From sequence record SRR31156797_8840: DNA of 51,684 nt, one strand, 5' to 3'. The stretch's first letter is position 1. Each line of letters begins with the position of its first letter. This document shows positions 1 to 10,284 of this stretch, piece by piece. The position numbers and the translations under genes were made by a program. The notes beneath the pieces are model-generated. The model did not search any database, had not been told where the DNA came from, and worked only from the letters and a program-made list of their open reading frames with translations.

Positions 1-126
1 GCTCATCATTTGCTTCGCTATGCTCAGCGTAATTGGCCTCACTGCGTTCGGTGTCATTTGAGCTTCGCTCGTCATTGGCTTCGCTACGCTCAGCGTAATT
101 GGCCTCACTGTGTTCGGCGTAATTTG
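1..126. repeat. REP-like hairpin cluster (66-bp tandem duplication containing four 17-nt hairpin units)
   Basis: 1-60 repeats at 67-126 with few mismatches. Units at 12-28, 36-52, 78-94 and 102-118; the same family recurs at 48301-48367. Confidence 0.8.
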
Positions 127-220
127 TGGTCATTATGTGTAGTTCGCTTATTTGCATTTTTCTACATTTTCTCAAACATCACTACTATCGCTAAATTCTC
201 TTCGTTCGCTAGAGTCCCTC

Positions 221-266
221 AAGTCGCTTCCTTCGTTTAAGTCACCTCCTTCGCTTAAGTCGCTTC
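221..266. repeat. degenerate 18-bp tandem repeat (about 2.5 copies)
   Basis: aagtcgcttccttcgttt / aagtcacctccttcgctt / aagtcgcttc. Confidence 0.5.
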
Positions 267-295
267 AGTCTCTTCGTTCACTAATTTCGTAAATT

Positions 296-1582
296 CTAAT
301 ATCTAACTTCCTCATAAACCTCCACCACCTCTCTGGCAGACCGCTCCCATTTCAATGCCGCAACTTCTTCTCTACCATATTTCTTAAATTCCTTTGCCAG
401 TCCGCCATAATTCAGCAATCCAAAAATGGCATCCGCCAAACCGTTGATATCCCAGAAATCCACTTTTACCGCATGTTTCAGCACTTCGGCAACACCAGAC
501 TGTTTGGAAATTACAACAGGCACATCATGGCGCATCGCCTCCAGCGGCACCAGCCCGAATGGCTCCGAAACTGAAGGCATCACAAATACATCGCTCATCC
601 GAAACATCCTGTCAACATCTTTGCCCTTTAAAAATCCTGTAAAGTGAAACCGGGTTCCCATGCCCAGCTCTGCAACCCGACGCACCAGGCCCGGCATCAT
701 ATCACCGGAACCGGCCATCACAAAACGCACGTTACCATCGCGCTGCAAGACAAGATTGGCGGCCTCAATAAAATATTCAGGCCCTTTTTGCTGTGTAAGC
801 CGTCCCAGGAAAGTCACCACTTTTTCATCCACATGCCGCAATTCTTTTTGATCATCCACCTCAACGGGATCGATGGCATTATGCACCGTTACGACTTTTT
901 CAGGATTGATACCGTATTTGTCGATCACAATCTCGCGGGTTAGATTGCTAACCGCGATTACCCGGTCAGCAGCTTCCATGCCTTTACGCTCAATATCATA
1001 AACGTCCTGGTTGATGTGTTTTCCTGAGCGATCGTATTCGGTGGCGTGAATATGCACGACCAGGGGCTTTCCGCTGATTTTCTTTGCAGCTATTCCCGCC
1101 GGGTAGGTAGGCCAGTCGTGGGCATGGATCACATCAAAATCCGATTTTTTGGCCAGATTACCGGCCACCAGGGCATAACGCGAAACTTCTGCCAGCAGGT
1201 CGATTCCGTATTTGCCTGAAAATGCAAAGCTGGTCTTGAGTACACGATCTTTCAATTCTTCTTCACTAAGATTCTTTCGTTGCTCTTCGGTCAATTTCCT
1301 GAAAGACTCCGGTGAAAGGTATGGCACCAGGCTGGAACCAATTTCCATGTAGGTGATCTGTTTCCAGAATTCCCGGAACTCATTCTCAGAAGTTTGCATC
1401 TCAATATCGCTGGCATTGACCAGGCGTATGGCCGATGCATCCTCATCACCCCAGGCTTTGGGTACCACAAAACTGATTTCGACATCCTGTTTTGCCAGCG
1501 CCCTGGTAAGTCCGAGACACGCCGTTCCGAGGCCACCTGTGATGTGGGGAGGAAATTCCCAACCGAACATGAGTACTTTCAT
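296..1582 (-). CDS. GT4 family glycosyltransferase (glycogen synthase-like)
   Basis: MKVLMFGWEFPP..GGLG N-terminus, HAHDW, SEPFGLVPLEA GT-B motif; follows a debranching enzyme gene. Confidence 0.9.
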   Translation of the reverse strand: MKVLMFGWEFPPHITGGLGTACLGLTRALAKQDVEISFVVPKAWGDEDASAIRLVNASDIEMQTSENEFREFWKQITYMEIGSSLVPYLSPESFRKLTEEQRKNLSEEELKDRVLKTSFAFSGKYGIDLLAEVSRYALVAGNLAKKSDFDVIHAHDWPTYPAGIAAKKISGKPLVVHIHATEYDRSGKHINQDVYDIERKGMEAADRVIAVSNLTREIVIDKYGINPEKVVTVHNAIDPVEVDDQKELRHVDEKVVTFLGRLTQQKGPEYFIEAANLVLQRDGNVRFVMAGSGDMMPGLVRRVAELGMGTRFHFTGFLKGKDVDRMFRMSDVFVMPSVSEPFGLVPLEAMRHDVPVVISKQSGVAEVLKHAVKVDFWDINGLADAIFGLLNYGGLAKEFKKYGREEVAALKWERSAREVVEVYEEVRY

Positions 1583-1629
1583 TAAACTACTTTTTACAAT
1601 ATCTTCAAAATTATTTCGCTTTTGCGGAC

Positions 1630-3573
1630 TTAATCCATTTTTTGCAGCATATCATCCACGCGGAGCAACTCTGCCACGGCAGTTGCCATCGAAATTGCTC
1701 CCGATGGCCTGTGCGGAGGATCACCATCAAACAACTCCGAGATTGTCCCGATTCCATATTCCTGCATTTCCGACCCGAAGGATGCATAAAGGTTTTTCAC
1801 CACACGTACACCTGATTTCCCATAAACTTTCAGGTAAGCTTCGGCGAAATGCCCGATGAGCCAGGGAACCACACTACCCTGGTGGTAAGCTTCGTCACGT
1901 TGAATGGCATTCCCCCTGTAAACTCCCTTGTATTTTGGGTTTCGGGGCGAAAGTGTGCGCAGGCCTTTCGGGGTTAACAATTCCATTTCAACCTTGTCGA
2001 GTACTTTCTTCTTTTGAAGGTCGGTGAGCGGAGAATATGGCAGGCTCACCGCCAGCAGCATATTGGGCCTTACCGACCAGTCTTTCCGGTCCCCGTGGAT
2101 GCAATCTGCCAGATAGCCCTTCTTTTCATCCCAGAATTGATTGTTGAATGACTTTTCCAGCTTATCTGCTACAGGCTGCCATTTATCGATAAATGATCCA
2201 TCACCTGCTATTCCGGCCATTTCGAGGATGAATTTGAGGGCATTGTACCAAAGGGCGTTTACCTCAACCGCAATTCCCATCCGGGGTGTTACCGGCCGTC
2301 CATTAATGGTGGCATTCATCCAGGTCAGGGCAAAACCAGCCTCTCCCGATGCCAGCAAACCGCTGTCTTCCATCCTGATGTTGAACCAGGTGCCTTCAGC
2401 GTAAGCATTTAAAATCTTAGCTATGATGTTCTTATAAAGCTTCCAGTTTTTTTCGGTCTCCCCGATGTAGGCCGCATACTTTTGCAAAGCCCAGAAAAAC
2501 CAAAGCTGGCTGTCTACCGAATGGTATTCGACAGTGTCGTTTTTAACGGATGCCGGGAAAAACGGGCCCTGCATGCGTGATATCATTATTTGAACAACCG
2601 CGTGAAATGTCTCTTTGTCTTTGTTAATCAACACCAATCCCGGAAGTGCCATAAAGGTATCCCGGCCTATTGGCCCGTACCAGGGGTATCCTGCAATCAG
2701 GTCTGTTTTGTCTTGGTGATTTACGATGAACTGTTCAGAAGCATTCAGCAGGCAGTTTTGGAATGAAGTCCGGGGTATCCGCTTTTTAACCTCTGAGGAG
2801 AATTTTTGCTTTAGGCCCGCAGGCAGGGTTTCTTTCGTCCCTGCGGCAACCATAATGCTTTCGCCTTTTTTGATGCCCACCTCGAAAGTACCCGGCACAT
2901 ACAGATCCTCATGACACTCATAGCCACGCTCTATTTCGCGCACATATTCAATGTTGTAGTACCAATCCGGGTTATGTTGATATTCGGGTGGTTTGCTAAA
3001 CTGTAGGAACAGCGGTGAATAGCCTTTATACATCGTAACTTCGATACCGTTTTTCACCGGTGAATAATCCCATGATGCATCCGAATTTGCTTTGGAAAGT
3101 GCATGAATACTACGAAATGCAAGAAACGGCTTAAACCGCAATATTGTTGGAGAATGTGCATCAATAAGGGTATATTTCATCAACAGCAGGTCTTCGCGTG
3201 ATGAAAACACCATTTCCCGTTCAAGCACTACGCCGCCAACCCTCCAGGTAATTTTTGAAGTCGGATCCAACTCAAACTTTTTTACATACTTGTGACCCTT
3301 TGGCTGGTAAGTATTACCGGGATATTTTTGTACACCCAGATTGAATTCCGTTTCGTGTTGTACAACGGTTTCATGCAAGGCCGATAACAAAACATGGGGC
3401 GCATTTCCAAACTGAGGCTGAGGCACAATCAACAAACCATGGTATTTCCGGGTGTTGCAGTTTACTATGGTAGTGCAGGCATAAGCGCCCGCCCTGTTTG
3501 AACGCACCACCTCTCGGTTGAGTGCGTATTCCAGATTTACCAGTTGTTTCTTATCAAATTTGATGTATGCCAT
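1630..3573 (-). CDS. glycogen debranching enzyme (amylo-alpha-1,6-glucosidase)
   Basis: TRKYHGLL N-terminal domain, AGYPW..GRDT, LTWM, VEVNALWYNAL, RPN, AYHQG, ISELFDG. Confidence 0.92.
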   Translation of the reverse strand: MAYIKFDKKQLVNLEYALNREVVRSNRAGAYACTTIVNCNTRKYHGLLIVPQPQFGNAPHVLLSALHETVVQHETEFNLGVQKYPGNTYQPKGHKYVKKFELDPTSKITWRVGGVVLEREMVFSSREDLLLMKYTLIDAHSPTILRFKPFLAFRSIHALSKANSDASWDYSPVKNGIEVTMYKGYSPLFLQFSKPPEYQHNPDWYYNIEYVREIERGYECHEDLYVPGTFEVGIKKGESIMVAAGTKETLPAGLKQKFSSEVKKRIPRTSFQNCLLNASEQFIVNHQDKTDLIAGYPWYGPIGRDTFMALPGLVLINKDKETFHAVVQIMISRMQGPFFPASVKNDTVEYHSVDSQLWFFWALQKYAAYIGETEKNWKLYKNIIAKILNAYAEGTWFNIRMEDSGLLASGEAGFALTWMNATINGRPVTPRMGIAVEVNALWYNALKFILEMAGIAGDGSFIDKWQPVADKLEKSFNNQFWDEKKGYLADCIHGDRKDWSVRPNMLLAVSLPYSPLTDLQKKKVLDKVEMELLTPKGLRTLSPRNPKYKGVYRGNAIQRDEAYHQGSVVPWLIGHFAEAYLKVYGKSGVRVVKNLYASFGSEMQEYGIGTISELFDGDPPHRPSGAISMATAVAELLRVDDMLQKMD

Positions 3574-3622
3574 GAATGCTTAAGTGCTTTTTTCTAATTT
3601 TTTAATCAATAATCCAACATCC

Positions 3623-3630
3623 CAAAAGTA
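3623..3630 (-). promoter_or_regulatory. Bacteroidota -7 promoter element
   Basis: TACTTTTG (TAnnTTTG) 50 nt upstream of the debranching enzyme start. Confidence 0.55.
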
Positions 3631-3745
3631 AGAAAATTGGCTGGCGGGTCATCGGATTAAAAACTGTTAACAATAAATTAACCGATAGGAAATTCCAAAA
3701 TGAGTTCACTAAAGAAATTCGGGTAAGGGAAAATAATTGTTGAAT

Positions 3746-4711
3746 CTATACAAACCACCACCAGTTGAGTAGCCAGAAAATAAACGGCAACGTCAGCAAT
3801 CCGGCAAGGGTAGTGGAAAACACATTGACCATGGCGGCATTTTCATCGGCACCATAGTTACGGGCCAGGATTACCAGGATAGCCATACAGGGCATGGCAG
3901 ACTGCATCACCAGTGCTCCTGCAGCCGGAAAGGTAATTTCCAACGAGGTAAACTGATTCAACAAAATCGTAATCAACAAAACCAGGATGGGTGCAATTAA
4001 CAATTTGTTGATGTTGAGCAGAAAAACATCCCAGCCAAAATCCTTACTTACCGGCTTGAAACCAGCCATCAACATCCCAATATAAATCATCGAAAGATAC
4101 AACGAACTGCTTCCGATGCCCGAAACAGTTTGCTTAATCACCCCGGGAACCGGAATACTTAACGTCATAAACAGAAAGCCAAGCGCAAATGCAATGGTGT
4201 TGGGATTGATCAGTTTTCGCAGGTTTTTAAACAACCCTCCCACTTTTCGGGTATCGAGGCTGTAAATACCAAACGTCCAGATGATGGTCATTTGTGCCAG
4301 ATGATAAATCGCTGCGTAAAAAAATGCAGGGCTGCCAGGAAACAATGCTGCGATTAGCGGATATCCGAGAAAAACAACATTCCCGAAAATTGTATGCAGA
4401 GCATGCACGGTTTTCTTTCCGGCAGGAAGTTTTAACATGCCGGCGGTACCCCATCCCAAAAAATATTGGAGTGCAAGAAAAGGATAAGACAATACAAACA
4501 CAATCAATCCATTTCCGAGTAATTCATCGGAATATGTAAATCCGGAGATCACCGAAAAGATCAGCATAGGCAGGGTAAGCCTGAAAATTATCTTTTGTAA
4601 TCCGGCCTTCACTTCGCTGCCCAGCCACCTGGTTTTAAAGGCTGTAAAACCTATCAGGGTGAGCAAACCGAGCAGTACAACCTTATCAAATATGACCTCA
4701 AAACCGTTCAT
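3746..4711 (-). CDS. AEC (auxin efflux carrier) family transporter
   Basis: About 10 TM helices, LTLP.LIF, GNVVFLGYP, NPN, AMP motifs. Confidence 0.88.
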   Translation of the reverse strand: MNGFEVIFDKVVLLGLLTLIGFTAFKTRWLGSEVKAGLQKIIFRLTLPMLIFSVISGFTYSDELLGNGLIVFVLSYPFLALQYFLGWGTAGMLKLPAGKKTVHALHTIFGNVVFLGYPLIAALFPGSPAFFYAAIYHLAQMTIIWTFGIYSLDTRKVGGLFKNLRKLINPNTIAFALGFLFMTLSIPVPGVIKQTVSGIGSSSLYLSMIYIGMLMAGFKPVSKDFGWDVFLLNINKLLIAPILVLLITILLNQFTSLEITFPAAGALVMQSAMPCMAILVILARNYGADENAAMVNVFSTTLAGLLTLPFIFWLLNWWWFV

Positions 4712-6033
4712 GAGGGCTTAATGATATTAACTTCAAAAATCCTGTTGGTGCTTTCGCTGGTTCCCACAGGCCGTAGAAAAATATTGGGATGTGAACTTTC
4801 CAATCCACCGAAAATATATCCCACCAGGGTTTTTCCGGGTGGTAATTTGTCATAATCCACAATTTTATCATGCAGAAGTGGAATATTTTTTACCGGGATA
4901 AAATTGGCACTTGCTCCGAGTAATCCGGGCATTTTAATGTTGAGGATGCCTTCTTTCAGGCTGCCATCAGCAAACCGGGAAACCTGGCTAATTGTATTTA
5001 CAGATGGTACCAGCGGATCGTTGACAATCTCACCTGTTTCAGGATCAGGGGCAAACCGGGCCATTCCGCCAAAAAACAAATTATCCATCCGGTTGGCTGC
5101 TTCGCTGTATACCGGAAGACAGGCGCTGTGGTAGTGCGAGAATTGCTGTTCGAAACTTTCTATGACTTCATATCCATCCTCGTATATGTTTACCGGGTTG
5201 AGCCAGGGAAAATTACGGTCATACTGAAAAACCCCGCTGAAAGCCGTGTAACCAAAATTTCCGTTAGGAAATATCTGCGGAAGCAAATTATAATCCCTGC
5301 GATGAAAATGGGCTGTATCCCTCACTTTTCCTTCATCAATAATCACTGACACCCCGGATTCCTTTACCAAGCTGAATTTCCTGATTTCGTTGGTATATAT
5401 TTGGGTATGTCCTTTGTTTGGTTGTGATGAGTAGCGGCCATCAAACCGGTTCCCGAAAACCAGGTAGTAAACATCGCCAATTTCACCCAGGTATCCACCA
5501 GAAACAGCCATATCCTGGTTTTCGATCTGGTTAAAGTACTTACCTATTTTCTGATCGCTTTTTACTGCTTCCATCAAACCGGCCACATCAACCTGGGTTA
5601 TCATGGGTAAAGTTTGATAATCGTCAGCCTTATCGCTCCACCCATAGCCACCAGCAAGGATCAACAGATTGCCATCCTGGTAAAACGACATATTGGTGGA
5701 TTGCAGCTGCTCGTAAAGACTTTCTGGCAATTCATCCAATGGTTTGCTCCAAACCTGTTTTGTTTCAGGATCAATTACGAAAATATTTTTGTTCGATAAT
5801 TCCTTTGGATAAGCCCTGTCCGGGCGATGATCGTGCAAACCATCAGTCCTGCCTCCAATAATGAGCCACTGGCCATCATGTACAGCGTGGACATATGAGT
5901 TTAGTGCCGGAACCCCGGAAAAAGTGATTTCGTTGATTTCGGCATTAAGCAGGTAATCAGGATGTACTTTATTACATGAAAAAATTGAAAACAAAAACAG
6001 TGATCCGAATGTTAGTAAGGCTATGTTTTTCAT
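4708..6033 (-). CDS. hypothetical lipoprotein (possible beta-propeller)
   Basis: MKNIALL...IFSC lipobox-like signal, start moved to ATG 6033; Kelch-like GG motifs (IIGGR, LAGGY, FFGGM, IFGGL); ATGA overlap with the AEC gene. Confidence 0.7.
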   Translation of the reverse strand: MKNIALLTFGSLFLFSIFSCNKVHPDYLLNAEINEITFSGVPALNSYVHAVHDGQWLIIGGRTDGLHDHRPDRAYPKELSNKNIFVIDPETKQVWSKPLDELPESLYEQLQSTNMSFYQDGNLLILAGGYGWSDKADDYQTLPMITQVDVAGLMEAVKSDQKIGKYFNQIENQDMAVSGGYLGEIGDVYYLVFGNRFDGRYSSQPNKGHTQIYTNEIRKFSLVKESGVSVIIDEGKVRDTAHFHRRDYNLLPQIFPNGNFGYTAFSGVFQYDRNFPWLNPVNIYEDGYEVIESFEQQFSHYHSACLPVYSEAANRMDNLFFGGMARFAPDPETGEIVNDPLVPSVNTISQVSRFADGSLKEGILNIKMPGLLGASANFIPVKNIPLLHDKIVDYDKLPPGKTLVGYIFGGLESSHPNIFLRPVGTSESTNRIFEVNIIKPS

Positions 6034-6119
6034 GAAGAATCTCATTTTTTGTGTTGTGCGCTGCAAATGTAACACGGTACAAACAATTTAAAACCTTTTG
6101 TGTTAATAGACTTGAAATA

Positions 6120-6749
6120 ATGAATAGATCCTATATGTCGAAGATGATAAATAATTTCCCACTTTTCCCTATTGGCCTGATCGTATTCCCCGGTGAAGTG
6201 CAACCATTGCACATTTTTGAACCGCGGTATATAGAGCTGGTAACCGAAATGGAAGAGTCGGAGGAAATATTTGGAATACCGTTTGTTAATGAAGGAACGA
6301 TTTGCGAATACGGTTCTGGTGTGGTGCTGCATAAAATTTTGGCCAAGAGCCCAACAGGTGAAATGGATATACTTGTCCGCGGTGTCAATCTTTTCAAAAT
6401 CAAATCGATTGAAGAAAAACTACCCGGGAAGCTTTATGGTGGCGGCACTGTAGAGTTCCTCGAAGAAATGAACCTTTCAGTATCACCAACCCTCAACGAG
6501 CTTTTCAGAACGTATAAACAGCAATTGGCTTCGATAAATAAAAATAAAGAAGAACCGCCCCAGGTCATCACGCCAAATCAAATATTGGACATTGCCGGAC
6601 AGTTACCCCTGGAAATTGATGAGAAATATGAAATCCTGAAATCCACAACCCATGAAGTCAGGGAGCAACTCATCGAAGAAAAACTCAACTTTTTGCTGAT
6701 GATCAACAAAAAGCTGGAAGAGGTGGGATATCGTTTCTATCTTAACTGA
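6120..6749 (+). CDS. LON peptidase substrate-binding (Lon-N) domain protein
   Basis: FPLFPIGLIVFPGEVQPLHIFEPRY signature; start uncertain (6120, 6135 or 6144). Confidence 0.85.
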   Translation: MNRSYMSKMINNFPLFPIGLIVFPGEVQPLHIFEPRYIELVTEMEESEEIFGIPFVNEGTICEYGSGVVLHKILAKSPTGEMDILVRGVNLFKIKSIEEKLPGKLYGGGTVEFLEEMNLSVSPTLNELFRTYKQQLASINKNKEEPPQVITPNQILDIAGQLPLEIDEKYEILKSTTHEVREQLIEEKLNFLLMINKKLEEVGYRFYLN

Positions 6750-8380
6750 TCTTCAGCCTCAGCATCCGCAACTTCAAAAATACAGGATATCCGCTCCCCT
6801 TCTCCGGTAAGCCGGTAGAAATTATCTCCCTCAATAAGCAGCGCCTCAGGCACTACATCATCTGTCCTTATGGGGACGTCTATTGCGATAACCTTCCCGT
6901 CGAATAGTGAAATCATACGCTTTACTTCGGTGTGCGCAATGATGATTTTAGATGCTTTGTAATACTTTAAAATATTTGTGACCTGTTTTTCGGTGATACT
7001 TTTGATACCACTAAACCCCTCCAAAATATAACCTCTGTACCATAAAGGCCCTTCAGCATTGAGCAGAATAGAGGTAAGATCGGCGTCCCGCATCGGGGTT
7101 TCCGGATTTACCGACAGGTACTCCCTGATCAGATCATTGATCTTTTCGAGCTTTATACGCTGATTGAGCAGGGTGGGAGAAATTCCGGCATGCGAAAAAA
7201 TGCAATCGTTTATTTTTATAATGGTATTTCGGGTTCTGAGCCAATTTCCCAAAACAGTGTTTGTTCCATAATAATCAGCGGCATCACGCATAAAATAATT
7301 TGAAAATACCTCATATTTCCTGTTCAGGTAGCGGGTGTCGTTAAGCATCACCATAACTTCATGGTTTCCAAGCAGCATATGCACTTTACCTCCTGCTTTC
7401 TGTGCCTTCAGGTCGAGTTGATAGATAAACCACAAACACTCGGTTACCTCATTTCCGCGATCAAAAACATCACCTAAAAATACAACGTGCCCTTTACTCC
7501 ATATCCAGTTTTTATTTACATCAATTACTTTATTGTTTATCAAATAATTAACCAACGCATGGTAATGGCCATGAATATCACCTATGGCGATCACTTTTTC
7601 TACATCTTCAAAAACTGATTTATCAGAAGCAATTTCTTTGGTAATCACATACTCGTTGGTATCATAGGCAAAGCCGCTTACAACAGCGGTATCAGCTACA
7701 ACCGAAACATAATTTTCATTTTTCACCGGGAAGCCCTTCTGCATATCATACTTCATATAAAACATGCGAAATAAGGTATCATTGATCCATTCCATATGCG
7801 GGCCATCTGAGTAGTCGGGCAGGCCAGAATAATAATTTCGCATCTCGATGATTTTTACCAGATAAGCGGCAACATCAGGAAAGTTGGCCATATTGGCATA
7901 GTCGAGTGCTGTAAGGCCATTTTCGTTTGCTATCATAGCATCGGCACCATTTTCGATCAGCATTTTCACACAATCCATCCGGCCGATTTTAGCAGCAACA
8001 ATCAATGCGGTATTTCCTTTTTTAATCCGCTGATTCAAATCGGCACCGTGTTTTATCAGATGATGCATCGACATCAACTGCATTTTTAAAACAGCATGGA
8101 TAAGAGGAGTTCGGTCTTTACTGGGAATGTTTGGATCTGCACCTTCCTCAAGAAGGATTTTCACTGCATCTGGATTATTCTGTTTGATGGCATAATTGAG
8201 CAGGGTAAACCTGCCTTTATCATATTGTTTATCAATATCTTCACCCTGATGAATAAAAGCGATCAACGTCTTGTTATGGTTGGATTTTATGGATTTCAGG
8301 GCTTCCTTTTCAGATATCTGACAAAAAAGCTGCCCCGCAAACCCGGAAAAAAATAATATGACAAAAATGATTCGGTTCAT
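6737..8380 (-). CDS. secreted ankyrin-repeat + Shewanella-like (Shelph) metallophosphoesterase
   Basis: Signal peptide; about 4 ankyrin repeats (TLLNYA, TPLIHA, TALIVA, TALDYA); GDIHG, GDVFDRG, GNHE, HAG, GPLWYRG, IDV motifs. Confidence 0.85.
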   Translation of the reverse strand: MNRIIFVILFFSGFAGQLFCQISEKEALKSIKSNHNKTLIAFIHQGEDIDKQYDKGRFTLLNYAIKQNNPDAVKILLEEGADPNIPSKDRTPLIHAVLKMQLMSMHHLIKHGADLNQRIKKGNTALIVAAKIGRMDCVKMLIENGADAMIANENGLTALDYANMANFPDVAAYLVKIIEMRNYYSGLPDYSDGPHMEWINDTLFRMFYMKYDMQKGFPVKNENYVSVVADTAVVSGFAYDTNEYVITKEIASDKSVFEDVEKVIAIGDIHGHYHALVNYLINNKVIDVNKNWIWSKGHVVFLGDVFDRGNEVTECLWFIYQLDLKAQKAGGKVHMLLGNHEVMVMLNDTRYLNRKYEVFSNYFMRDAADYYGTNTVLGNWLRTRNTIIKINDCIFSHAGISPTLLNQRIKLEKINDLIREYLSVNPETPMRDADLTSILLNAEGPLWYRGYILEGFSGIKSITEKQVTNILKYYKASKIIIAHTEVKRMISLFDGKVIAIDVPIRTDDVVPEALLIEGDNFYRLTGEGERISCIFEVADAEAEDQLR

Positions 8381-8472
8381 GCAACAGATGCTGTAATATT
8401 TTTATCTACAGCTAAAATTGTGTGTTTTAGGTTGTTTAAGCCAATGATGGTTTTAATGTAGTAGTATTATAT

Positions 8473-9534
8473 CTATTGAAATTTTGGTTTTCCCAAACAA
8501 TTTTCCATAAATTCAAGATTTATTAGCCCTTCGTTTTCAATAACTTCGTAAAAGTCATCGTAAAAACTAATAGCATTCTTTCGTTGCCGTTTACGTAAGG
8601 GTTCAAATTCTTCGTACAATTGATAAATTTCCTGTTTTTTCGCCCTAAAAAAATCGAACTGTTCTTCCAATTGTTCCCTGGTTCGGCAATACCCCCGAAA
8701 CAATCGCTGCGAAACCGATTCCAGTTCGAATCGTGGCAATGGCCTGGCATAAACAGTATTGATAACGCCGCACCAATCAAAATCATACGGAATAGCGTAA
8801 GGACGCTTTGAATGTTCGGGAACAAAAAGCTTGATGTTATGCAGAGTAGAAACGGCCCAATCGGTGTTGCCAACAAAATATTGAAACATGGCTAACCTGC
8901 TCATATGCTGAAATTGCGTACTATCCTGCATGAAATATTTTTCTTTGATTTCGTTCAACTCCAGGCGGTCTTCAAGTGCATCATCGGATTCAATAAAAAA
9001 CGCAAAACTTTCCTGTGATTTTTTCCCTGAGGGTTCATCAACATAATTAATGTTAAATGGCCTCACCCTGAAACTTGTATCGGTTAAAAGGTTCAAAACA
9101 CGGTAAACCAAATATTCACTCATTACATATTGCCGATAGACTCTGGAGTTTGGCCTGCAATGCGTTACAAGCTTTACTTTATCCAACCCTTCAAACAAAG
9201 TACCTTCAACCTGTTTCTTCTTAAAATTTAATTTAAGCGGTGGAAAAATACAGTTTTTAGGGTCACGCCTGAAATTCCCACGCGTTTCTACCTTGATATT
9301 AAAAACAAGGGTGTCGGTACCTACAACATATTCCAGGAAGGCCAGGTGCTCACGCCTGTCATCCCCCACATCATCCAGGATGGTTTTAAAATCTCCACGA
9401 AGTGTGATGTTAAGAATCTGGTGATCCCTGAACATTGGCAACGCATTTCCTTGTGAATAATCTTGTGAATACAGGGTATTTCCTAAGAACAGGATGATGA
9501 AAAAAGACAATATGTATGGTCTCAAATGTCTCAT
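8473..9534 (-). CDS. secreted CotH-like (atypical kinase fold) protein
   Basis: Signal peptide; RGNFRR, PPLKLNF, EYLVY, GNTDW...HN, PYDFD in the order of CotH/Fam20-like kinase motifs. Confidence 0.65.
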   Translation of the reverse strand: MRHLRPYILSFFIILFLGNTLYSQDYSQGNALPMFRDHQILNITLRGDFKTILDDVGDDRREHLAFLEYVVGTDTLVFNIKVETRGNFRRDPKNCIFPPLKLNFKKKQVEGTLFEGLDKVKLVTHCRPNSRVYRQYVMSEYLVYRVLNLLTDTSFRVRPFNINYVDEPSGKKSQESFAFFIESDDALEDRLELNEIKEKYFMQDSTQFQHMSRLAMFQYFVGNTDWAVSTLHNIKLFVPEHSKRPYAIPYDFDWCGVINTVYARPLPRFELESVSQRLFRGYCRTREQLEEQFDFFRAKKQEIYQLYEEFEPLRKRQRKNAISFYDDFYEVIENEGLINLEFMENCLGKPKFQ

Positions 9535-9573
9535 AATATGACATCAACAATTGGAAAAGAAGGATGTTAACAT

Positions 9574-10284
9574 TTAGTCGTCTTCCTCCTCATCTTTTTT
9601 AAATGCGAAATTGTCGAGAGTTTCCGCTTCAAAGAAATTCGTAGAATATTTATCCCAAAGATAGTAGATGGTTATTTCGGCCGTATCCCGAAGGAAATTA
9701 ATCTTACCAATCTCCACCCTATTGATTTTCAGTCCTGTTCGTTTTTCAAGATCATCAATGAACTTCTTTTGATTCTGCGGTTTTATCAGGTCGATTTTTT
9801 CGTAAATAATGGTTTTGCTTGACTCATGTTTGTAACTCCAAAAATATTCGATTATGATGGCAATCACAGCAAGCATGACATTCGCAAAAATCAACTCAAC
9901 ATAACTAATGGCCTTGTCCGATAGTGCGTTCAAAACCGAAATACAAATAATCAGGAACAGGTAGGTCATTTCCTTAATAGGGACGGTGCTGGTGCGATAC
10001 CTGATGATGCCAAATAATGCAAACAACCCCAATGCAAACCCCAGTTGAAGGTCGACATTTTGAAGCAGGTATGAAAGGAAAAACACCGAGACACTGATCA
10101 GTGTATAGGTGAAAAGATATTCCTTCCTTCGGTTGTGCGCATAATAAATGTACCTGACGACGACCAGGGTTATGATCAGATTGAGCAGAAATCTGAACCC
10201 CATCATCAGAAAGTCGTTCTGATCAAAGAAATTGATGCCAAAAAGTTTGGGATCAGTGATAAAATGGAGCATAGCCACTGTCAT
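9574..10284 (-). CDS. DUF4956 family membrane protein
   Basis: GFALGLFALFGIIRYRT..IKEMTYLF signature, about 5 TM helices; overlaps the VTC gene. Confidence 0.88.
   Translation of the reverse strand: MTVAMLHFITDPKLFGINFFDQNDFLMMGFRFLLNLIITLVVVRYIYYAHNRRKEYLFTYTLISVSVFFLSYLLQNVDLQLGFALGLFALFGIIRYRTSTVPIKEMTYLFLIICISVLNALSDKAISYVELIFANVMLAVIAIIIEYFWSYKHESSKTIIYEKIDLIKPQNQKKFIDDLEKRTGLKINRVEIGKINFLRDTAEITIYYLWDKYSTNFFEAETLDNFAFKKDEEEDD

Noticed and set aside
10-240. 76-aa ORF with internal repeat (LRYAQRNWPHCVR)
   Set aside because: It is a translation of the REP-like tandem repeat with a TTG start; no coding signal.
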